Source: Vibrio phage VPG01
Sequence record: MW398869.1
Strand: one strand, 5' to 3'
DNA: 32,000 bases
Below, piece by piece: positions 7,989 through 17,228 of the stretch. The first letter of the stretch is position 1. Every line of letters begins with the position of its first letter. A model generated the notes under the pieces. It was not told the DNA's origin. It did not search any database and worked only from the letters and a program-made list of their open reading frames with translations. The position numbers were made by a program, and so were the translations under genes.

Positions 7989-10828
7989 AGTATCGTCCAA
8001 TCAATTGAAGTTATATTGTTATCAGCTTCTCCTCGAATATATATTATAATATTTCTACATATACCGAGAGTTCCGTGTGTTCGTTTATAATCTTCCTTAT
8101 TCATACCATAAGTATAGATGAAAGAAGAAGAGGTAGTAGTGGTGTCTCGTAATACCTCACCAGTATCACCATCTAAAAATCTAAGTCTGTATCTAAAGCC
8201 TGAAACCGAAGCACCTTCCAGTAGCTCGTCCCACATAAGCTCTACATCTTTACCTATAAATACTTTCGAAGATGTATCCGTTCTATTTATAAGTCTAAGA
8301 TTCTCGATTTTAGGTAGTATAGCGCTAGGGTTAACATTAACTACCAATTTAGCCGGTAAGCTAGTATCACCATCTGGGGATACTGCTCTAACCTCGAAGG
8401 TATACTCCCTTTCTGCTAAGTTATAAAGCGGCATAGTAACTCTTGAGTTCAGAGGAGCCGTGCCCGATACAGGTACAGTAATTAAGTCCACTAACCCTGT
8501 ATATTTAATAGTATAGTATGCCACTCTTTTAGTTAAGCTTGGCAACCATGAAAGAGTGCCGTTTAACCCTACCTCGGGCTCACCTAACTTAGGGTCATAC
8601 TGTAGGTCTCGTGGAGGTAATACACTTACGACTACATCAGGTATCTGATCATCACTATTATCTGTTTGCCCAGAGTTTATAAACACATCTGGAGCGTATT
8701 CTCTAGCAGTTACCATAATGTGCCCATTTGCTTTCCAAGTAACATCTTGAACTAGGAAAGGTTTATTATCCCAGTTATATCTTTTCTTAGTTAATGTAAT
8801 ACTGGCGTTAGGGTATAGCCATAAGAAAGTAAAAGGGAGCTCAAAAGTTACAGTCCTATTATATCTAGATTTGCGTAAATAGTACTCCGCTCTGGTTCTG
8901 GCTGTATAGTAGTTTGTGATGAAAGGAAAGGTAATATTAGCCTTTCTATCTTTTCCATTATCTTCAATTTTGTAGTCTTTATTAAAGAAGGTTATGGTAT
9001 TACTATTCCAAGCATTGGCAGGATCTATAATACTGGCTTGAATAGAGTTGAACTTATTCTCCATAGATATATCATCTACTTTCAGACTGCCCTCTATAAT
9101 ACTCCCCTCGTTTATATCATAGGATACTGGCCTATTTGCTTCCATCGTTAGAGTGTATTTACCATTAACTATATTCAGCGAGGCCTCGAACTGAGCTATT
9201 AAAGACTGTACATTCTTATATACAGTATCACTGGTAGACAGTAGGGCCGACCCTTGTATAAGTTGTCTATTTTCTGCTGAGTAATCAGTCCAGCCTAAAT
9301 ATCTCCAATACGGAACCCAATCTGGATCATATGATGTATCTATTACATCCATATATTTAGCACACTCTCTCACAGAAGCCAAGTCAATCTCATCCAAAGT
9401 AATACCTGCCCCGTAAGTAGTACTACGTAAATAATCTAGTGTTTGCCACGCTAGGTTCAAGGATGTTTTATCCGCAGTTACCGTTCCGTCTTCGTGGTAT
9501 ACTGGTATCTTTTTACCTTGTATCTCTGCCGACACTTCAGGTATTGAGGTTCTATTTTCATTTAGTTCGAACTTAACAACTAGGTAAGCCGTGTCCGTTA
9601 GCTTAAATGAGTCATCCCAGTACTCTGCCCCATAATTACCATCATTCTGTAATTTAAACGCCCCTGCTGCTGCCTTGTCCACAAGTACTTTTGCAGCGTC
9701 CTGGGTTAATGACCCATGGAACGTCCAGAAGTCTATAGGCCCATTACCATCGTCGTAGATGTAGTGTTCGCCATGTTTACTAGGCGCGGTTCTTCCACTA
9801 GCAGGTGCCAGAGCTCCTATAGTGTCACCATTATTACGTTTCATCCCTATACAAGCGCGCTTAGACTGATCGTTTTCAGATATACAAATCATTGGGTTAT
9901 CACCAAAAAATATATCTAAGAAACCATCTATCTCACCCTCACAAAATGCATATACAGCCCATACCTCTTCTGGGTTATTAATATCCGTATCAAAGAAAAT
10001 AGGTATACCCGCAACTTTTTGTACTCCATACAATACAGGCAAATACTTGGCTGTTAGGTTTATATCCATATCTACTTCTTTTATTACGTTTGCCCAGTAT
10101 TCTTCCATATCATAATGTTTTTGCCCCATAAGACCTCGGAATCCTCCCGCACGTCTTTTCTTGAGGCGGTAGCGTTTTTCTTTTGTCTGATACTCGGCTA
10201 GTAGTTTGATAGATTTGTTGGCGTGAAAGAAGCCCTTATCTAATTGATATTCCGGTTTCTTGGCGCTACCAGAGGGCTGCATAACCCCGTTTACATTAAT
10301 TAATCCTCGGTGAGACGTATCATCTGTGAGTCTACCATTAATAGCGTCAAGTGAGTATAGTTTACTTGCGCAGGTCCAAGTAATATTAGCCCTACCCTTA
10401 CCTTTTACAGTATTAGATTCTGTCACTGCACTAGTAACTATAACTCCTTCAAAGTAATTTAATGTACTACCATCCGAGTATATTGGTATAATCTCACCTG
10501 CAGCATCTAAAAATACTGTATCAATTCGTATCTTTCTATTTAAAAAACTTTTTGAATTTAATACTCTATCAATTTCCTCATCTACTGCCCCGGCAATCTG
10601 TACTGGTACTCTAAAAATTGTTAGTTCTTTTGTCTGTTTAACATCGCCTAGCTTTTTAACTATACCAGATTTATATACTTGACCTCTATACGTAATATCC
10701 CTAAAGTAGTCGGTAAAATAAACAAAAGCCCCCTGCTCTCCAGGTAGCTCTAGAGAGACTAAGTGTGCTAAATTTATTTTTTCTGTTTCTTCTATATATT
10801 TCTTAGCTGACTCTAGTATACTGCTCAT
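7985..10828 (-). CDS. Baseplate hub / tail tip protein (T5 pb3-like)
   Basis: 947 aa; N-terminal hub-like region (LVSLELPGEQGAFVYFTDYFRDITYRGQVY), central IDDISMENKFNSIQASIIDPANAW, C-terminal FN3-like domain (PPRDLQYDPKLGEPEVGLNGTLSWLPSL). Size and position match T5 pb3. Confidence 0.85.
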   Translation of the reverse strand: MSSILESAKKYIEETEKINLAHLVSLELPGEQGAFVYFTDYFRDITYRGQVYKSGIVKKLGDVKQTKELTIFRVPVQIAGAVDEEIDRVLNSKSFLNRKIRIDTVFLDAAGEIIPIYSDGSTLNYFEGVIVTSAVTESNTVKGKGRANITWTCASKLYSLDAINGRLTDDTSHRGLINVNGVMQPSGSAKKPEYQLDKGFFHANKSIKLLAEYQTKEKRYRLKKRRAGGFRGLMGQKHYDMEEYWANVIKEVDMDINLTAKYLPVLYGVQKVAGIPIFFDTDINNPEEVWAVYAFCEGEIDGFLDIFFGDNPMICISENDQSKRACIGMKRNNGDTIGALAPASGRTAPSKHGEHYIYDDGNGPIDFWTFHGSLTQDAAKVLVDKAAAGAFKLQNDGNYGAEYWDDSFKLTDTAYLVVKFELNENRTSIPEVSAEIQGKKIPVYHEDGTVTADKTSLNLAWQTLDYLRSTTYGAGITLDEIDLASVRECAKYMDVIDTSYDPDWVPYWRYLGWTDYSAENRQLIQGSALLSTSDTVYKNVQSLIAQFEASLNIVNGKYTLTMEANRPVSYDINEGSIIEGSLKVDDISMENKFNSIQASIIDPANAWNSNTITFFNKDYKIEDNGKDRKANITFPFITNYYTARTRAEYYLRKSRYNRTVTFELPFTFLWLYPNASITLTKKRYNWDNKPFLVQDVTWKANGHIMVTAREYAPDVFINSGQTDNSDDQIPDVVVSVLPPRDLQYDPKLGEPEVGLNGTLSWLPSLTKRVAYYTIKYTGLVDLITVPVSGTAPLNSRVTMPLYNLAEREYTFEVRAVSPDGDTSLPAKLVVNVNPSAILPKIENLRLINRTDTSSKVFIGKDVELMWDELLEGASVSGFRYRLRFLDGDTGEVLRDTTTTSSSFIYTYGMNKEDYKRTHGTLGICRNIIIYIRGEADNNITSIDWTIL

Positions 10829-11454
10829 AAACTCTCCCTAAATGAATAACTGATATTTTCATACATACCATCCGCATTTACATCCTCGGAGATAGACTCT
10901 CTACCCATTAATTTGACTTGCAGAGGTACAGTATTAAACACGGGTTTTTCATTTCCCGTGGTCTCTATAAATAAATCTGGATATATATTAAGAATAAATT
11001 TATCATCTTCTTTCTTAAATCCTGTTATCTTATATACTTTAGGATGTGTACTAAGTTTAAATAGATCACCTAGGTAAGGTGCTCCTTGTAGAGAGTTGGT
11101 ACCAGTAATTTCTATAGTACTACCCTTCTGACCTGCAGCGATAGAGCATGTAGTCAGGTCTCCTAGTACCCTAAAATTAACATACTGAGGTAGAATTAAC
11201 TCAATAGAGTCCCCGGTCCTTTTCGCCTCGTTTATCGCAGAGGAAACCAAACGGTACTCTAGTTCGTATAACTCTGGGTATGTAATATTAACACTCCAGA
11301 ATTGCGCTGAAGTTTTTGTTTGAAGCACTTTTCCGTTTGGGAGCTCATCTTGTAGAATAGGCTCATTATCTACCAACGGAGCTTTTAAGAATCCTGGTGC
11401 TTCATCAGGATGTGTGAATGGATCAGGTAATCTAATAGCCATTAGGTGCTCCAA
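10825..11454 (-). CDS. Distal tail protein (T5 pb9-like)
   Basis: 209 aa immediately upstream of the hub gene and downstream of the tape measure; size and position match T5 pb9. Confidence 0.7.
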   Translation of the reverse strand: MEHLMAIRLPDPFTHPDEAPGFLKAPLVDNEPILQDELPNGKVLQTKTSAQFWSVNITYPELYELEYRLVSSAINEAKRTGDSIELILPQYVNFRVLGDLTTCSIAAGQKGSTIEITGTNSLQGAPYLGDLFKLSTHPKVYKITGFKKEDDKFILNIYPDLFIETTGNEKPVFNTVPLQVKLMGRESISEDVNADGMYENISYSFRESL

Positions 11455-11527
11455 ATGCCATTCAACGCGTTGACTGGCCTAGGTCTTTTAAAGGAATAAT
11501 GAATCTCTTCATCTCGTTATATAGGTT

Positions 11528-11556
11528 ATTATACACGTAGCTTTTCTAATTTTCAA
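11528..11556 (-). promoter_or_regulatory. Sigma70-like promoter for the tail-tip gene group
   Basis: Minus strand TTGAAA (11556-11551), 17-nt spacer, TATAAT (11533-11528). Confidence 0.7.
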
Positions 11557-11570
11557 TATTATTTTATAAA

Positions 11571-11599
11571 ATAAAAAGGGGCTACCATTACAGTAGCCC
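11571..11599 (-). terminator. Intrinsic terminator after the tape measure gene
   Basis: Minus strand GGGCTAC-TGTAATG-GTAGCCC followed by CTTTTTAT. Confidence 0.85.
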
Positions 11600-11606
11600 A
11601 TTATAC

Positions 11607-14600
11607 TTAATATAATTTCTCTTTATTATAACCACGCTGGTAGGCCGCATCGTCCCAAGCATTGAAAATATCATCAGCCCTATCCATAATAGATTGGGTA
11701 TCTAATGCTTGTACTATTAGTTGACGGTTGTCAGTATATCCGCCTTTACCTCCCGCAGCTGATTCCTCGGCACTGTATGCTCTTACTGGCTCTAGGGGTG
11801 TGATTACCTCTGGCCCATCTTCACCTACTACAATACTGTTGCCCGGAGTACCTATACCACCATTTGCTCTAGGAGTAAATGATTGTAAGCTGCCTGTACC
11901 TCCTTCATTTCTTATGTAAGAAAGTTCGCCACGAGTAGCTGATTGAGACACATCCACCTGATTAGACCTATCACCAAGAGTTAGTGAAGCCTTAGTATCT
12001 CCTGCAGCCCCAGAAACTAAGTTAGCACTTGCACTAGATGCTTGTTGGTATGCTAAACCACCTGCTAATGCTGCTGAAGCCATTAACGGGATAGCTGGAA
12101 CAGGCCAAGGGTTAGCAGCCGCATTCATTACCGCTACCGCAGTAGAGATAAGGATTTGTTGTTTAGCTACTTTCTTCTGTTGTTCTACTTTCTTCTTCTC
12201 AAGAGCTGCTATTTTAGCTACAGACTCTTTAGACTTACCGTCACGTTTTTGCTCAGCAGCTATTTGTTGATCTATAGCTCCTATAGCTTGGTTTGACGTA
12301 TAAGATAGCATCCCTTGGAAGGCAGTTAGTCCGGAAGATACCATTTGGGTAGCAGTCATACTAGACTGACCCATATTGTTAAACGACATTGCTAGCCCAT
12401 TCAATGAGCTTGTCATTTGATCAATACCAGGAGCAAAAGATGCTAGATTACCTAAAGCAGACTCCATCATTTGATTTGATTGAGCTGTTTGAGTAGCTAG
12501 TATCTCATTTTCTAGTTGCTTTATTCTATTAAGGGACTGTTCTTGTTCTAAGTGAGTGCCTCTAATTAGCTGTAAATTAGCTAATCTAGCTCTCTCATTA
12601 GTTAGTAAATCCTTCTTAATAAGAAGTTCTGGCTGACCCGCCATATTTAGTTGGGTCTGCGTATTAAGACGCTTATTTTTCTCGTTAACAAGTGCTATTT
12701 CAGTATTTAACTCTTGTTGAGATATTTTTGCTATTTCAGCTTCTGTCTTCGCTTGCTCAGTAGCATTAGCCCCAAGTCTTCTCTGATCTACTAGTAGGGC
12801 AGTGTATAACTCACGTTGCTGTTTTAAAATAGTAAGTTTTACTGCATTAGGGTCTTTACCAGACCAGCGTCCTTGAATTTCAGCCTCTGCTTGGGTTTTT
12901 GCAAAGACAGCCAACTCTCTATTAGTATCCCTGTATCTTTTTGCTAGTCTTTCGGCGTTTAGAAGTGCTGTTTCTGATGAAAACCCTAACCTATCTAATG
13001 CCTCGGCAGTTTTAGCTCCTGGATCGGTTTTCTTTAGCTCCCTATAGGCCTGAGCCATAGAGTGAACATCACTATATAATTTTTCATACGCCGCTGCCTG
13101 ACCCCTTATAGCTGCTAAACTAGTGTTATATGACTGCACGGAGCCTTTTACGGTAGCAGTCAGGTTCCTATATGCAAGGTCTGCATTTTTAATATTAGGT
13201 ATACCAAGGGTGTCTTGTTTTTGAATATTTTGAAGGTTCTTTATACCTTGTTCTACATTCTTTAACTCCTGTCTCAAGGACGCAGCCTCAGCAATACTGA
13301 GTGACGAAGTGTCCACTGAGCGCAAACTTTTAAGCTTACTCTCTAGCTTTGTTATCTCCTCTCCAGTACGAACCAAGATACCTACTTTACCTCCGCGCTC
13401 AGTTGATTCTATAAAGGAGTCTAATAACTGCTTAGATACTTCTATAGGTTCTCTAATATTTCTACTACGTTCCTCAATTGTATTGAAAAACTTAGGTATA
13501 GCAGATGTGGCTTCAGCAAGTTCTTGTAGTAAGCCCTGAAACGCCGTAGCTACGTTTGCACCAAAAGTTTCCCAAGGAGCACCATTCCTTAGCATCTCAT
13601 CTAAGTCACCAAACTTCTCCACAGACTGAGAGTTGATTTCATTAACTAATGCGGCTCTTTGTTGGTAGGAGTTGAGAGCAGTTGCACTGATACCCAATTT
13701 CTGGGCATAGTTCTCATATGCTGTTGTAAGCTTGGTTGTGATCCCCAGTTCGTCTAATAATTCGATTTCTAGCTTTGATGTACCGCGAATTACACGGTTC
13801 ATTGCATCCTGCATATCCACGCCTAGTGCTATAGATGCGCGGCGAGCAGCCATGGTTAATTGTTCTATCTGGGTAGCGTCAAAGCCATATGAAGCAGCCG
13901 CAGCTGCGTTTCTAAGAGAGTCCCCATAACTAAGAGTATATCCAGTTAACTTTTGCATCTCTCTACCAATTAGTTGGACAGGAACGCCTATTTTAGACCC
14001 TATTATTGTACCTACATCTTCTAGACGGTTAAGTTGCTCACCCTCAGTCAATAAACGAAAAGCTTCGCTGAGTGCGAATACGTTAGCAGCAATATTAGCA
14101 TATAGTAGTGGGAGTGGGCCAGCAAACTTAGCTATATCTGCAAAGGTACGTGCTTGGTTTCTACCTTGGCGGTTCTGGTTACCCATACCACGTCCAGCTT
14201 TTTTAGCTCCCTTACCTACACCCACTAACGCATCGTTAGTTTTACCTGCCTGTTGACGTACGTCTATAAGACCATCTTCTACTCTCTCTAAGTCAGCACC
14301 TAGGCTGTTAGCTAGATTATCGAAAGAGTGTATCATATTATTGTTCATCTTACCAATAGTAGTGTCTACATCCTGTATCTCTGATAACATAGAATGCAAT
14401 GTATCTACTACGTCGTCCAATGAACGTTGTATGGCGTTAGAATCAAAACCAAAGTTTATCTTACTAGTAGATTTAGCTGCTCTGTTAGCCGCCTCTTCTA
14501 CTTTTTTGAACATCTTTGGAGAACGTTCAAGTGAAGCATTAAAAGCATTATTAGCAGTTTTTGCTTCAGTAAGGGCGTCACCGACACCCTTAATAGCTTT

Positions 14601-14666
14601 TTCTGTAGGTTTAGCACCTTGCTGCTTCACCTTGATGATTAGTTCTTCTATTAGCTTATTAGCCAT
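11607..14666 (-). CDS. Tail tape measure protein
   Basis: 1019 aa, coiled-coil N-terminus, hydrophobic segment (TAVAVMNAAANPWPVPAIPLMASAALAGGLAY), conserved C-terminal VGEDGPEVITPL; RBS GGGAG before ATG. Confidence 0.93.
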   Translation of the reverse strand: MANKLIEELIIKVKQQGAKPTEKAIKGVGDALTEAKTANNAFNASLERSPKMFKKVEEAANRAAKSTSKINFGFDSNAIQRSLDDVVDTLHSMLSEIQDVDTTIGKMNNNMIHSFDNLANSLGADLERVEDGLIDVRQQAGKTNDALVGVGKGAKKAGRGMGNQNRQGRNQARTFADIAKFAGPLPLLYANIAANVFALSEAFRLLTEGEQLNRLEDVGTIIGSKIGVPVQLIGREMQKLTGYTLSYGDSLRNAAAAASYGFDATQIEQLTMAARRASIALGVDMQDAMNRVIRGTSKLEIELLDELGITTKLTTAYENYAQKLGISATALNSYQQRAALVNEINSQSVEKFGDLDEMLRNGAPWETFGANVATAFQGLLQELAEATSAIPKFFNTIEERSRNIREPIEVSKQLLDSFIESTERGGKVGILVRTGEEITKLESKLKSLRSVDTSSLSIAEAASLRQELKNVEQGIKNLQNIQKQDTLGIPNIKNADLAYRNLTATVKGSVQSYNTSLAAIRGQAAAYEKLYSDVHSMAQAYRELKKTDPGAKTAEALDRLGFSSETALLNAERLAKRYRDTNRELAVFAKTQAEAEIQGRWSGKDPNAVKLTILKQQRELYTALLVDQRRLGANATEQAKTEAEIAKISQQELNTEIALVNEKNKRLNTQTQLNMAGQPELLIKKDLLTNERARLANLQLIRGTHLEQEQSLNRIKQLENEILATQTAQSNQMMESALGNLASFAPGIDQMTSSLNGLAMSFNNMGQSSMTATQMVSSGLTAFQGMLSYTSNQAIGAIDQQIAAEQKRDGKSKESVAKIAALEKKKVEQQKKVAKQQILISTAVAVMNAAANPWPVPAIPLMASAALAGGLAYQQASSASANLVSGAAGDTKASLTLGDRSNQVDVSQSATRGELSYIRNEGGTGSLQSFTPRANGGIGTPGNSIVVGEDGPEVITPLEPVRAYSAEESAAGGKGGYTDNRQLIVQALDTQSIMDRADDIFNAWDDAAYQRGYNKEKLY

Positions 14667-14681
14667 ATAAACTCCCGTTTA

Positions 14682-15440
14682 TTAGCTTAGTTTTACGTGT
14701 TTGATGTAGTTTCTATCGTATCCAAAGCCTGCTGCTACTTGTACAATTAATTCGTCTTTACCCTTGCTAGCTTCACGGTCTTTTTCTAGGTTATAGATAG
14801 TAAAGCCTAAGGCGACACCTTGAGTATGTAGAACTACTAGTGAGTTATCATCCATACCGTAAAGAGGTAATAGCTTGATAATACCTTCTTTTACCATCTC
14901 ACGGTGTGCATTATCCATAGTACCTAGAATAGTAAAGTATGTCATTGGGGATACTACTGCTAAGAACTGCCCTTCGATAGCGAGCATTTGAGAAGGGAAT
15001 TTTTTGATAGTATCTACAATAGTAGCAAAAGTCTTAGCTGAAGAACCTGATGTTGGGGTAGGTGTAGTCATTCTATCTGCAATATAATTCTCAAGCTTAA
15101 TACGAGCTTGTGAAGTTAGGATTTTATCTAATGCTACTTCCATATTAGGATTAGCATCTTCAGTAGTCTCATCTACTAGGGTTGCACTTGCTGATAACAA
15201 CTCTTTTTCTACCTGAATACCACCTACAGAGAAGATAACGTCAGTATCATTAGGTAAGTGAAGGAAAGGAATATCAGTATACTTTCCTGGTAGAGTTACT
15301 TGCGGTAGTAGGGGTAGAACTTTACTACCTTTTAAAGTAGCTTGACGTAACTCTAATACTTTAGTGTCTTCTGCGCCTGACACAGAAGATGTTGCTGATT
15401 TGTTCACGGTTTCGATATATGTTTTTAGGTCTTTAATCAT
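14682..15440 (-). CDS. Structural protein with possible HK97 capsid-fold-like features
   Basis: ORF listed from 15452, but the ATG at 15440 has a well-placed GGAG (ATGGAGAAAACAATG), so MIKDLKTYIETVNK is the likely start. Contains VLPLLPQVTLPGKYTDIPFL and FLAVVSPMTYFTILG...LLPLYGMDDNSLVV...VQVAAGFGYDRNYIKHV. Confidence 0.5.
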   Translation of the reverse strand: MIKDLKTYIETVNKSATSSVSGAEDTKVLELRQATLKGSKVLPLLPQVTLPGKYTDIPFLHLPNDTDVIFSVGGIQVEKELLSASATLVDETTEDANPNMEVALDKILTSQARIKLENYIADRMTTPTPTSGSSAKTFATIVDTIKKFPSQMLAIEGQFLAVVSPMTYFTILGTMDNAHREMVKEGIIKLLPLYGMDDNSLVVLHTQGVALGFTIYNLEKDREASKGKDELIVQVAAGFGYDRNYIKHVKLS

Positions 15441-15455
15441 TGTTTTCTCCATACG

Positions 15456-15484
15456 AAAAAAGCTCTGGGCATTACACCCAGAGC
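15456..15484 (-). terminator. Intrinsic terminator between chaperone ORFs and the capsid-like/tape measure genes
   Basis: Minus strand GCTCTGGG-TGTAATG-CCCAGAGC followed by TTTTTT. Confidence 0.82.
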
Positions 15485-15521
15485 AAGCTCGTGGAATGCC
15501 CGTGAGGACTCTGTTAAGTAG

Positions 15522-15914
15522 TTAGCGTTGCTTTGTTTTAGCTTTTATTTTCTTAGCCTCAGTATTCCATTTGCTAACTGCTTTTTTAACCATTTTACTG
15601 TCTACGTGCTGTATTACTTCCATTACTAATTTTCTGTCCTCCATATCATTAATTTGATATACATTATAGAATAAATCGAGAGTATTTAAATCTTTCCCGA
15701 TATATAGAGGACCTAAATCAGTACTAGTAAATCTGTCACCTAGTCTGTTATAAATTTCTATAGCATCCTTAACCAGACTTGGAAAGTCAGAAAAGTCTAC
15801 TGGGATTCTTTTAGGGTCGGGGGTCTCTCCTAGTTGAGCACACATTTTTAGGTACTTACTTTTTGAGAAACCGTTCTGTTTATCGAAGTACTTGTCTAGG
15901 GCTTCGAATAGCAA
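15522..15914 (-). CDS. Tail assembly chaperone, downstream (GT-type extension) ORF candidate
   Basis: 130 aa between tube genes and tape measure; only a TTG start and no clear RBS; lies in the +1 frame relative to 15925..16335. Confidence 0.55.
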   Translation of the reverse strand: MLFEALDKYFDKQNGFSKSKYLKMCAQLGETPDPKRIPVDFSDFPSLVKDAIEIYNRLGDRFTSTDLGPLYIGKDLNTLDLFYNVYQINDMEDRKLVMEVIQHVDSKMVKKAVSKWNTEAKKIKAKTKQR

Positions 15915-15924
15915 CTTTCGTCGT

Positions 15925-16335
15925 TTAGTCTCGAAAGTTGTCTATCAACGCCAGCTTACTAGTAACCCAATTGTCAAAAGACTCAGATAGTTTTACTAGT
16001 TGGATAGCTGTCTCCACATCAAATTCGATTTCTGCATCAGGGTCTTCAACTTCTTTTGTATCAATTAAGATAAGTTTTGCCACTTTATTTAGGGTTAGAC
16101 CTGACCAACCATTAATAGCAGACTTAACATACTCTTGAGTATACATGTCTACGTCTAAGTCCATATAAGGTAGCCCTGACTGATCGTCAAACTTCTGTAC
16201 CTTACACTTATCCTGAAGTTTTCGTCTAGCTTCTCTTGATAGGTAAGTAAGTTTTACCTTAAAGCCCGGGATTCCTGGGAACTCAAACTCTGATGTTTTT
16301 GAGTCTAGTGCTAGTGCTGCTAAATTTAGCTTCAT
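15925..16335 (-). CDS. Tail assembly chaperone, upstream (G-type) ORF candidate
   Basis: 136 aa: FEFPGIPGFKVKLTYLSREARRKL...DPDAEIEFDVETAIQLVKLSESFDNWVTSKL; correct position for a tail chaperone. Confidence 0.65.
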   Translation of the reverse strand: MKLNLAALALDSKTSEFEFPGIPGFKVKLTYLSREARRKLQDKCKVQKFDDQSGLPYMDLDVDMYTQEYVKSAINGWSGLTLNKVAKLILIDTKEVEDPDAEIEFDVETAIQLVKLSESFDNWVTSKLALIDNFRD

Positions 16336-17216
16336 ACTAAATATCCTCCATATTCCACAATTATTTTATTTGTTTGATCTGTTACCCTTATATCATGTGC
16401 TTCAGTAAAAACGTCAGCAGGGGCAACTCTATGGGTTACTAATGCATCCTTCATAGAGCATAGTAAACCTGATTTATATAACTCTAAATTAGAATAGTGA
16501 GATTTGTCAGGAGTTGGGTATATGGTATTTAAGTATACGTTAGTATTAATACCAAAACTTCTGTCTGTTAGTACAGGGTGTTTAGGGGTGTATAAACTAC
16601 CCGCATCATGAAGTGATCTGTCTTCTCTCCAACTTATAGTTTGTTGTATCGAGATTCCTGCATTTATAATAGAATTTCTTATCTCATTATCTAATTTATA
16701 TTGTATAGGTGTAGGTTTTAGGGGCGTACCTTGCTCTACCATTCCTGCACTTAAATCAATACTAGGAACCTTATCTATAGAGCTAGCAGTGAATGAAGTT
16801 TCGAAAGTAAGTGCTTCACTTAACGACAGTGATATACTCAAAGACTCTAGTGCTGCTGTTTTTATTTTGTATACCCCTTCAGTAGTAACTAAGAATATAT
16901 CACATATCTCTGGAGATATATTTAAATTATCCTCATAACTATACACGCTATTATGTATTTTTGTTAATCCTGCTAGTTCAAACAAAACACCTTCTGCAAA
17001 GCTTTGAGTGCCTAAAATGCTTAAACTGAACGTAGCCGAGTTTTTAGAATTAGCAAAAGTATAAGGTTTTGCTCGTCTTGAGTGCAATGTTTTTCTTGAA
17101 CCAGAAGTTTTATTAAATGTCTGACTAAAATCAAGTTGGGTTAGGGCATCGAAATGATACCCTACCCCTTTGTAAACTAAAACAACGGTGCACTCTTTTA
17201 GTAGAGTGTATGCCAT
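16332..17216 (-). CDS. Minor tail / tube-like structural protein
   Basis: 294 aa next to the major tail protein; beta-rich sequence (YHFDALTQLDFSQTFNKTSGSRKTLHSRRAKPYTFANSKNSATFSLSI). Confidence 0.6.
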   Translation of the reverse strand: MAYTLLKECTVVLVYKGVGYHFDALTQLDFSQTFNKTSGSRKTLHSRRAKPYTFANSKNSATFSLSILGTQSFAEGVLFELAGLTKIHNSVYSYEDNLNISPEICDIFLVTTEGVYKIKTAALESLSISLSLSEALTFETSFTASSIDKVPSIDLSAGMVEQGTPLKPTPIQYKLDNEIRNSIINAGISIQQTISWREDRSLHDAGSLYTPKHPVLTDRSFGINTNVYLNTIYPTPDKSHYSNLELYKSGLLCSMKDALVTHRVAPADVFTEAHDIRVTDQTNKIIVEYGGYLV

Positions 17217-17228
17217 GTTTACCTCTTA

